This document shows, piece by piece, positions 19,361-26,844 of a stretch of DNA of 43,648 bases. Every line of letters starts with the position of its first letter. The first letter of the stretch is position 1. This DNA is from an uncultured Phycisphaeraceae bacterium (lineage in GTDB: Bacteria > Planctomycetota > Phycisphaerae > Phycisphaerales > Phycisphaeraceae), in contig CAZKRE010000003.1 in assembly GCA_964555075.1 (NCBI GenBank), forward strand, positions 1 to 43,648, in the 5' to 3' direction. The notes under the pieces are model-generated. The model was not told the DNA's origin and did not search any database. It saw only the letters and a list, made by a program, of their open reading frames with translations. Position numbers and translations under genes: made by a program.

Positions 19361-22300
19361 ATGGACATCAAGAAGCGGCGTCGCCGTCGTGTTGCGACCC
19401 TCATCATCGTCACCCTCACGATCGTCGGCGCCCTGGCGGGCGTGATGTGGCTGCAGGGCCAGAAGCGGGAGAAGGAAGCGCAGTGGCACCGGGCCGAGGG
19501 GCTCGCGGCGGTGGAGGCCGGCAACCACGCGGCGGGGATCGAGCACCTGCGGCGATACCTGGACCGGCGCGCGGACGACGCCGAAGCTCAGCACGCGTTT
19601 GCGAAGGCGAACCTCGAGGTGCCTCAGGCGCGGAACGGTCATTTCCGCCAGGCGCTGGGGGCGCTGCGGCAGGCGGTGGCGCTCGACCCGGACAACCACG
19701 AGGCGACGCGGGAGCTGATCGAGATCTACCGGCTCATCGGGGCGAACGAGCAGACGCTGGAACTGACCGACCGGCTTCTTGCGGCCGACCCGCGGGACGC
19801 CACGGCGATGGGCGACCGGGCGATCGCGCTCTCGCGGATGGGCAAGGGTGCGGAAGCACGTGAGGCGGCCGAGGCCGCGGTTGAGATGGAGCCGAACAAC
19901 TACCGGCTGCACATGATCCTGCTGCAGGTGCAGCAGCACCTCAAGACGTCGCGTGAGGAGCTTGTGGCGTACGGGGCTGGGCAGGCGGAGAAGCACCCGG
20001 GCGACCCGCGATTCGAGCTGGTCGCGGGGCTGGCTTGCGCGATTGCCGGTGGGGAGCACACCGAGGCGGCGAACCGGTGGCTGCGGCAGGCGGCGGGCCG
20101 GCCGCTGCCGGAACCGGGCTTTGCGGCGGACCTGGTTGCGGTGCTCGACACGCTGGGGCTTTGGGGCGACTCGATCGTCGTGCTCGAACGTGCCGCGGAC
20201 CTCGGCGAGACGAACCTCGCCACCGACTACGCGCGCCGCCTGCTCGAAGCGGAGCGGTTCGAGCCACTGGTGGACCGGTTCGGTCAGGCGGGCGACGGCG
20301 GTCGGGCGCTGAAGCTGGAGCAGCAGGTGCTGCTCGCGATGGCGCTGCAGAATCTTGGGCGGCACGAGGAGTCGGGTCGGGTTATCGCGTCGATGGCCGA
20401 GCGGAACGATTCGCCGCTGGCGCCGGTGTGGGCCGAGGTGCTGCGGAAGGCGTACGACGCGAACGTGGAACTGCCCCGGCGGGTCGAGGCGATCAAGGAG
20501 GCGATGACGACGATCATCGACGACGCGTACCTGCACGCGCTGTTGGGCGACGCGAACGCGTCGCTGGGCGACCAGGACATGGCGTTGCAGCACTGGCAGC
20601 GGGCGGCGGAACTGCGGCCGTCGTGGGGCGGGGTGCGGCTGCTCGTGGCGCGGGCGATGCTGAACGTGAACCGGCCGAAGGACGCGGTCGGGTACGCCGA
20701 GGCGGCCATGATCCGCCTGCCCGACAGCCTGCCCGCGGCGGTGACGGTGGTCCGAGCGCGGGCGGAGGCGATGGGGACGATCGACGGCGACACGCCGCAG
20801 CGGCTGCTGGACCTGGCGGAGAAGGTGCAACAGGCGGCGCCGGGCGAGCCGCAGACGCTGATCGCGATGGTGGACATGCTCCCGCGCGTCGGCCGAAAGG
20901 ACGAGGCGCAGCGGATCGCGACCGAGCTGATCGGGCGCGAGGGGGGGCTGCGGCAGGAGCTGCTCGGGCGGCTGGCGGAGGTGAGCCGGCGGCACGCTCT
21001 GGGCCTCGACGAGGCGCTCCAGCAGCAGTACGCCGCGCAGATGGAGGGGACGCCGGAACTCGCGTTGACGCGGGCGACGGGTATGGCCCGGCGCGGACAG
21101 ACCCGGGAGGGCCTGGCGCTCCTCGACAGGGGACTGGTGGAAGCCCCCACCGGCGAGAAGCTGTCGTGGGAGCTGGCACGGGCGGCGTACCTCGACGCGG
21201 TCGATGATCCGGGCGCCGCCGCCACCTGGGTCAAGCTGGCCGACAACAACGCCGACGATCGGCGGGTGCAGCAGATGGCGCTGCGGGCGCGATCGGTGCA
21301 GGGCGATCGGGCTTTCACCGAACGGGTGCTCAACCGGCTGCAGACGCAGATGGGCGAGGGCAACGTGGCGTGGCTGACGGAGCGGGCGCGTTGGTTGGCC
21401 GGCAGCGGGCGGGAGCACGACGCGACGCAGGCGGTGACGATGCTGCGGCAAGTCATCGAGCGAGCGCCCAAGCGGGTTGAGCCGCGGGTCCTGCTCGCGC
21501 AGACGCTGATGCAGCTCAACCGGCCCCAACTGGCGATCCAGGAACTGCGTGCCGGCGAGCAGGCCGTGCCCAAGTCGATCAGCCTGTGGATGGAGCTCGC
21601 CCGCCTGTATCAGGCGGAGCGGGATTTTGCGAACGCCCTCAACTACCTCGACCAGGTCCTTGCCTCGCCTGATCTCGACGACGGTGGCCGTCGCGAGGCG
21701 GCGTCGCTGCTCGCGCGGCAGGGTGAGCATGACCGCGCGATCCAACTGGTGGAGCGGCTCACCGCCGATGACGGCGGGTCACCCGACGAGCGGCTGCTGC
21801 TTGCGTCGCTCTATGCCCGCGCGGGTCGGACCGCGGACGCGGAGCGGCTGATGCCCTCGCTCCTCGAAGAACCGACGGCCCCGTCGCTGGCGATGGCGCT
21901 GGAGTTCTACTCGACCCGGGGCGACGAGGCTCGCGTGCGGGACGTGCTTTCACGGCTGGAAGCGGCGGCGATCCCCGATGCGGCGAAGCGTCGCGTGCTG
22001 GGGGAGTACGCGGCGCGGACCGGCAGGCTCGATGAGGCCGCCGAACACCTCGAAGCGGCGAGCGCGGCGACGCCGCACGACGCGGACATCTGGCGGCAGC
22101 GGACCCGCCTGCACCTGATGCGGGGCCAGGGTCAGGAGGCGATCCGTGTCGCCCAGGAAGCATTGAAGCACGTCGCCCATGACGCGGGTCTCCGGGCGCT
22201 CGTGGAGCACGCGCAGTTGGCGACGTCGTTCGCGGCCGACCCGTGGGGGAGGCGGATGCTACTGGCGATGGTCGAAGACCCGGGGCATGCCGAGCCTGCG

Positions 22301-23446
22301 ACCGCTGCGCTGCGCGCCTTGGGCGGCGGGGATGCGCAGGCCGCCGCGACCTCGTTGAACGAGCTGGCTCGCGCCAACCCCGGGTTCCTGTCGCTCCAAC
22401 TGCTGGCGGCCCGCCGGCTCCTGGAGACAAGGCAAGCCCCCGCGGCGGTGGACGTGGCGACGCGGGCGACGCTGGCGTTCCCCGACAACCTCGAGGCGAT
22501 GGCGGTCCAAGCCGAGGCGATGGCCGCGGCCGGCCGGTGGCGCGACGCGCTGGCGACGGCGTCGGAGTGGCGGCGGCGGAGCGACCCGCCGCCGCTGTCG
22601 GCCGACCTGATCATGGCGGAGGCGCACCTGCAACTCGGCCAACCCGATCGGGCGCTGGAGCGACTCGAACCCCACGCCGAAGCCGCGCGGACCCGGCCGG
22701 ATGACAACCGCGAGGTCGCGGCACGGCTGCTGCGGGCCCTGGTGGCCCTGCGCCGCTACGACGACGCGGAGGCGCTCATTGAGGCGGATCTCGCGACGTC
22801 GCCAACGTGGCGCTCGGTCGTGTTGACGCTGGCGGCCACCACCGTGGAGGACCCCGGCGTCGCCGCGGCGTGGGTCCGGAAGGCGGAGGCAACGGTTGCG
22901 GCATCCGACGTCCGGGAACGGATGGCGACTGCGCAGGCTTGGTGGATGCTGTCGGAGCGGGTGGGCGATCCGGCGATGCTGAGCGAGGCGGCGCGGGCCG
23001 CGACGGAGCTGACCGCCCTTCCCGACGCGCCGGCGCTCGCGTGGTACCAGCGGGGCGTGATCGCGGAGCGGGGAGGGGACATGTCGGCGGCGGAGCCGGC
23101 GTACCGGGAGGCGATCCGCCGCGACCCGTCACTCGCCGCGGCGAAGAACAACCTCGCGATGGTCCTCGTGCAGTCGGGCAACGGGTCCGATGAGGCGTTG
23201 AGGCTGGCCGAGGCGGCCGTCACGGCGGAGCCCGAGAACACCGCCTACCTTGATACCCTCGCCGCGGCGCAGGCCGTTGAGGGCCAAACCGACGCGGCCG
23301 TTCAGACGATGCAGAAGGTCATCGGGCTCGAACCGACGACGAAGCTGTGGTACGAGAACCTGGCCCGCATCCTGCGCGAAGCGGATCGGCCCGACGAGGC
23401 CCAGCAGGTCCTGGATCGGTACGAGGCGCGGGCGCTGCGGATGTGA
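19361..23446 (+). CDS. Very large TPR-repeat protein (1361 aa) with a single N-terminal TM anchor. Analogous to the PrsT TPR protein of exosortase/PEP-CTERM loci.
   Basis: N-terminal RRRRR + VATLIIVTLTIVGALAGVMWL anchor. The remainder of the protein is an uninterrupted alpha-helical TPR-like array rich in Ala, Leu and Arg. Confidence 0.7.
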   Translation: MDIKKRRRRRVATLIIVTLTIVGALAGVMWLQGQKREKEAQWHRAEGLAAVEAGNHAAGIEHLRRYLDRRADDAEAQHAFAKANLEVPQARNGHFRQALGALRQAVALDPDNHEATRELIEIYRLIGANEQTLELTDRLLAADPRDATAMGDRAIALSRMGKGAEAREAAEAAVEMEPNNYRLHMILLQVQQHLKTSREELVAYGAGQAEKHPGDPRFELVAGLACAIAGGEHTEAANRWLRQAAGRPLPEPGFAADLVAVLDTLGLWGDSIVVLERAADLGETNLATDYARRLLEAERFEPLVDRFGQAGDGGRALKLEQQVLLAMALQNLGRHEESGRVIASMAERNDSPLAPVWAEVLRKAYDANVELPRRVEAIKEAMTTIIDDAYLHALLGDANASLGDQDMALQHWQRAAELRPSWGGVRLLVARAMLNVNRPKDAVGYAEAAMIRLPDSLPAAVTVVRARAEAMGTIDGDTPQRLLDLAEKVQQAAPGEPQTLIAMVDMLPRVGRKDEAQRIATELIGREGGLRQELLGRLAEVSRRHALGLDEALQQQYAAQMEGTPELALTRATGMARRGQTREGLALLDRGLVEAPTGEKLSWELARAAYLDAVDDPGAAATWVKLADNNADDRRVQQMALRARSVQGDRAFTERVLNRLQTQMGEGNVAWLTERARWLAGSGREHDATQAVTMLRQVIERAPKRVEPRVLLAQTLMQLNRPQLAIQELRAGEQAVPKSISLWMELARLYQAERDFANALNYLDQVLASPDLDDGGRREAASLLARQGEHDRAIQLVERLTADDGGSPDERLLLASLYARAGRTADAERLMPSLLEEPTAPSLAMALEFYSTRGDEARVRDVLSRLEAAAIPDAAKRRVLGEYAARTGRLDEAAEHLEAASAATPHDADIWRQRTRLHLMRGQGQEAIRVAQEALKHVAHDAGLRALVEHAQLATSFAADPWGRRMLLAMVEDPGHAEPATAALRALGGGDAQAAATSLNELARANPGFLSLQLLAARRLLETRQAPAAVDVATRATLAFPDNLEAMAVQAEAMAAAGRWRDALATASEWRRRSDPPPLSADLIMAEAHLQLGQPDRALERLEPHAEAARTRPDDNREVAARLLRALVALRRYDDAEALIEADLATSPTWRSVVLTLAATTVEDPGVAAAWVRKAEATVAASDVRERMATAQAWWMLSERVGDPAMLSEAARAATELTALPDAPALAWYQRGVIAERGGDMSAAEPAYREAIRRDPSLAAAKNNLAMVLVQSGNGSDEALRLAEAAVTAEPENTAYLDTLAAAQAVEGQTDAAVQTMQKVIGLEPTTKLWYENLARILREADRPDEAQQVLDRYEARALRM

Positions 23447-23550
23447 GCAGGCCCGGGCTCCAGGTTGGCGTGCGGGCCTCGGGACGATAACTTCAGGGAG
23501 ATCCCGCCGAATCCGGCCGGGCCTCTCTTGTCGTCGCCAGGAGGTTTACG

Positions 23551-25296
23551 ATGCAGTTGCGCTCAAAAGTCGGCCGCTTGGTGGCGGCGTGGTGCGGGGA
23601 TTCGGGTCGGCCGGAGTTGGCGCCGGTGTCGATGGAGCCGCTCGAGCCGCGGCTGCTGCTGGCCGCCAACCCGGTGATCGACTTCATCCCGAACCAGACG
23701 GTGCTGTCCGGCTCGCCGCTGTACATCCCGCTCCAGGGCAGCGACGCCGATGGCGATGCCATCAGCTGGACGGTCACGAGCAGCAACTGGGGCGTCGTGC
23801 AGACCTACGTGCCGCAGAACAACCGCAGCCTGCGGATCACGATGGGCGGGCGCGGGTCGATGGAGTTCCAGCTCTTCGAGGACAAGGCGTCGCGGGCGAC
23901 GTCGCGGATCATCGAGCTCGCCAACAGCGGCTTCTACGACGGCCTCACGTTTCACCGCGTCATCGATGGCTTCATGATCCAGGGCGGCGACCCAAAAGGC
24001 GACGGCACCGGCGGCTCGCACCTGCCCGACTTCGACGATCAGTTCCACCCCGACCTGCAGCACAACCGCGCGGGCCTGCTGTCGATGGCCAAGAGCGGCG
24101 ACGACACCAACAACAGCCAGTTCTTCATCACCGACGAGTCCTCGAACTACCCGCGGTGGCTGGACTTCAACCACACCATCTTCGGGCTGCAGACGTCCGG
24201 CGAGGCGCTCCGCAACGAGATCAGCGCAAGCCCGGTGGACGACAACGACGTGCCGACGACGCCGCAGGTCATGACCGACGTCAGCGTCTTCACCGACACG
24301 ACCAATGGGGTCGCGATGCTGAAGGTGCCGGCGCACATCACGTCGGGCACGGCCCAGATCACGGTGCGGGCCCGCGACGAGACGGGACGGGTCGCCATCC
24401 GCCGGTTCAACGTGACCGTGCAGCCGGACCCGCACGACAACTCGCCTTACCTCAACTGGATCCGGACCGTCCGCACCGAGCAGAACACGCCCGTCTCGTT
24501 CAAGCTCCACGGGATCGATGTGGACGGCGGAACGATGTACTACGACGCGATCGCGGACGATCCGGGCCAGAACTTCGACGTCACGGTCAACCACGCGACC
24601 GGGCTGGTGACCGTGATCCCCCCGACCGGCTTCACCGGGGAGCTCAACGTGCTTGTAGGCGTCCGGGCAGACCCGACGCCGCAGGATGGGGACCCTTGGG
24701 ACCTGCAAAATGTGAAGGTTCACGTCGTGCCGCCGGTCGCGCCGGACGCCTGGGACGCCGGCCGCGGCGACGACACGGCGTGGTCCGCCCGGTACATCGC
24801 GCCGAACGTCTGGCAGCAGAACCGCACGATCGACGCGCCGACCGACGCCGACTGGGTCCGGTTTACCATCCACGAGCGGTCGCGGATCATCGTGAGGGCG
24901 GTCGGGGTCGGCGGGCCCGACGTGCGCCTGATCATCCGCGGGCCCGACGCAACGAACGTGCTGCCGTCGACCCGGCCGACCACCGCGATGGCCGCAGAGG
25001 GCGCGACGCAGACGGCACTGGTGCGGGCTGGTCTCAAGGCGCTGGATCCCGGGACCTACTGGGTGCGCGTGGATGGGCTGGGGATGGTGGTGCCGAACTA
25101 TTCGCTTCGGGTGGAGCAACTCGTGCTGCCCGCCGCGGCGCCCGTGGTCGACCGCACCAGCGACGCCCGGCTTGCCGCCCTGCTGTGGGACGAGTCCCGT
25201 CGAGCGACCCAGCCTGCGAAGGGCTTGGCGGATGACACCCGCGAGGAGGCGGACGTGCTCGCGGAGACCGAGCCGGTGCTGCCGTTCCTCGCGTGA
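23551..25296 (+). CDS. Secreted multidomain protein: N-terminal LEPLEPRLLLAANP motif, cyclophilin-type peptidyl-prolyl isomerase domain, cadherin-like/Ig-like repeats and a C-terminal PPC-like beta domain.
   Basis: Cyclophilin signature FHRVIDGFMIQGGDP-GDGTGG. Asp-rich cadherin-like repeats (LQGSDADGDAISWTV, LHGIDVDGGTMYYDAI). A strong AGGAGG lies 8 nt before the ATG at 23551. Confidence 0.75.
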   Translation: MQLRSKVGRLVAAWCGDSGRPELAPVSMEPLEPRLLLAANPVIDFIPNQTVLSGSPLYIPLQGSDADGDAISWTVTSSNWGVVQTYVPQNNRSLRITMGGRGSMEFQLFEDKASRATSRIIELANSGFYDGLTFHRVIDGFMIQGGDPKGDGTGGSHLPDFDDQFHPDLQHNRAGLLSMAKSGDDTNNSQFFITDESSNYPRWLDFNHTIFGLQTSGEALRNEISASPVDDNDVPTTPQVMTDVSVFTDTTNGVAMLKVPAHITSGTAQITVRARDETGRVAIRRFNVTVQPDPHDNSPYLNWIRTVRTEQNTPVSFKLHGIDVDGGTMYYDAIADDPGQNFDVTVNHATGLVTVIPPTGFTGELNVLVGVRADPTPQDGDPWDLQNVKVHVVPPVAPDAWDAGRGDDTAWSARYIAPNVWQQNRTIDAPTDADWVRFTIHERSRIIVRAVGVGGPDVRLIIRGPDATNVLPSTRPTTAMAAEGATQTALVRAGLKALDPGTYWVRVDGLGMVVPNYSLRVEQLVLPAAAPVVDRTSDARLAALLWDESRRATQPAKGLADDTREEADVLAETEPVLPFLA

Positions 25297-25386
25297 GGGG
25301 TCGATAACGGCCGGTTCGAGCCGAGCAGTCGAGGCTGGCTTGCCTGTTGGCCGATCTCTGCCAGCAGAGGCCATCGGGAGCTGTAC

Positions 25387-25593
25387 ATGCGACTCGACCG
25401 ACCGATCCAGGAGACCCTGGTGGAGATCTACGGGATGGAGCGGGAGACCTGCCTCGCGGCCCTGCGGTCGATCGAGCGGCCGCGGCTGGACTTCACCGAC
25501 GAGTTTCTCGCCGCGTCCAGCACGGAGCAACTCAAGCACATCCTGGCCGCGGCGGTGCTCCAAGCCCGCAAGGTGTCCGGCCATGCCGCCTGA
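25387..25593 (+). CDS. Small hypothetical protein (68 aa).
   Basis: ORF preceded by GGGAG 6 nt before its ATG, in the gap between the cyclophilin-domain gene and fba. No recognisable family. Confidence 0.3.
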   Translation: MRLDRPIQETLVEIYGMERETCLAALRSIERPRLDFTDEFLAASSTEQLKHILAAAVLQARKVSGHAA

Positions 25594-25713
25594 CGCCCTT
25601 CCTGACCGGGGGTTGCGCCGGCCGGCTGGCGTGATAAGCCGATCCGATCGCCACCTTCGGACTCGCAGGTTTTGATATCATGTCCCGCGACCCGCAAACG
25701 CGGGCCCCGCCCC

Positions 25714-25725
25714 GTGGATATCCAC
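25714..25725. promoter_or_regulatory. Perfect 12-bp palindrome GTGGATATCCAC about 35 nt upstream of the fba start. Candidate operator.
   Basis: Read directly in the sequence. It follows a short lower-GC stretch, ttttgatatcatg. Confidence 0.3.
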
Positions 25726-25760
25726 CTGCCCCAGTCTATTCAACGACGGAGACCCCCGAC

Positions 25761-26783
25761 ATGCTCATGACCACCAAGCCCATGTTCGACCTCGCCTACG
25801 AAGGCGGCTTCGGCATCGGCGCGTTCAACGTCAACAACATGGAGATCACCCAGGGCATCATCGAGGCGTGCGCCGCCGAGAAGAGCCCCTGCATCCTGCA
25901 GATCTCCAAGGGCGCCCGCAAGTACGCGAACATGCGCTTCCTCCGCCACATCATCGCGGCGTGCGTCGAGGAGTATCCCGAGGTCCCGATCGCGATCCAC
26001 CTCGACCACGGCGACACCGTCGACCTCGTCAAGACGTGCATCGCCGACGGGTTCACGAGCGTGATGATCGACGGGTCGCACCACGAGTACGAAGAGAACG
26101 TCCGCTTGACCGCCGAGGCCGTCAAGGTCGCGCACGCGGCGGGCGTGGTCGTTGAGGCGGAGCTGGGCATGCTCGGCGGGATCGAGGAGGACGTCGTCGG
26201 CCTCGACGCCGAGGAATACGAGAAGAACCTCGAGAAGTTCCTCACCGACCCCGAGCAGGCGAAGGACTTCTACGCTCGCACCGGCATCGACAGCCTCGCG
26301 GTCGCCATCGGCACCAGCCACGGCGCCTTCAAGTTCAAGCACGAAGCCAAGCTCGCGTTCAACCGCGTCGAGCAGATCATGAAGACCTGCCCGGGCCTGC
26401 CGCTCGTGATGCACGGGTCGTCGAGCGTCCCGCAGGAGTTCATCGACCTCGTCAACCAGTATGGCGGATCGATGCCCAACGCCAAGGGCGTGCCCGAAGA
26501 TCAGATCGCCATGGCCGTCCGGAAGTACGGCGTGTGCAAGGTCAACATCGACACCGACCTCCGCCTCGCGCTGACCGCGAAGATCCGCGAGGTGTTCGCC
26601 ACCAAGCCCAGCGAGTTCGACCCCCGCAACTACCTCGGCCCCGGCCGCGAGGCGATCGTCGGCATGGTCAAGCGCAAGCTCCACATGCTCAACAGCGCGG
26701 GCAAGGCCGACGAGGTCATCAAGCAGTGGAAGAAGGAGGGCGAGCCGATGCCCGACTACTACCGCGCGACCGCGGCAGCCTGA
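25761..26783 (+). CDS. fba: Fructose-bisphosphate aldolase, class II.
   Basis: Class II FBA zinc-ligand region (HLDHGD, GTSHG) and the overall 340-aa architecture. ATG at 25761 (MLMTTKPMF). The upstream portion of ORF 25680..26783 is leader. Confidence 0.9.
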   Translation: MLMTTKPMFDLAYEGGFGIGAFNVNNMEITQGIIEACAAEKSPCILQISKGARKYANMRFLRHIIAACVEEYPEVPIAIHLDHGDTVDLVKTCIADGFTSVMIDGSHHEYEENVRLTAEAVKVAHAAGVVVEAELGMLGGIEEDVVGLDAEEYEKNLEKFLTDPEQAKDFYARTGIDSLAVAIGTSHGAFKFKHEAKLAFNRVEQIMKTCPGLPLVMHGSSSVPQEFIDLVNQYGGSMPNAKGVPEDQIAMAVRKYGVCKVNIDTDLRLALTAKIREVFATKPSEFDPRNYLGPGREAIVGMVKRKLHMLNSAGKADEVIKQWKKEGEPMPDYYRATAAA

Positions 26784-26810
26784 GCCCTGTCCGATAGACC
26801 GACACCTACC

Positions 26811-26844
26811 GAAGCCCACGCTCCGAGAGCGTGGGCTTCTTTTC
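26811..26844 (+). terminator. Rho-independent terminator after fba: gaagcccacgctc cga gagcgtgggcttc tttt. The stop codon of the convergent giant gene lies inside the T-tract.
   Basis: 13-bp perfect stem, 3-nt loop and TTTT. The same GAAGCCCACGC stem is used at 10111. Confidence 0.75.

Noticed and set aside
17525-21745. 1406-aa minus-strand ORF antisense to the TPR gene. The same applies to the other long antisense or alternate-frame ORFs: 109..1497, 267..3023, 3194..4396, 3196..4791, 4508..5668, 5596..8685, 8506..10128, 10177..11121, 11278..12582, 11559..12794, 14928..16547, 14974..16470, 20035..21207, 20284..21573, 23250..25235, 23563..25584, 25740..26846, 29237..32254, 33081..34337, 35164..36933, 37441..38334, 39661..40728, 41932..42702.
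   Set aside because: Their translations are low-complexity and rich in Arg, Pro, Ala and Gly, typical of stop-codon-poor frames in 70% GC DNA. Each is fully overlapped by a gene with clear conserved motifs on the other strand or frame.
16642-25593. Searched the C-termini of all proteins in the exosortase block for PEP-CTERM-like sorting signals.
   Set aside because: None ends in a motif + hydrophobic helix + basic tail. The OmpA-like protein ends PETPEMFK, the cyclophilin protein ends EPVLPFLA, and the TPR protein ends ARALRM. No substrate is called.
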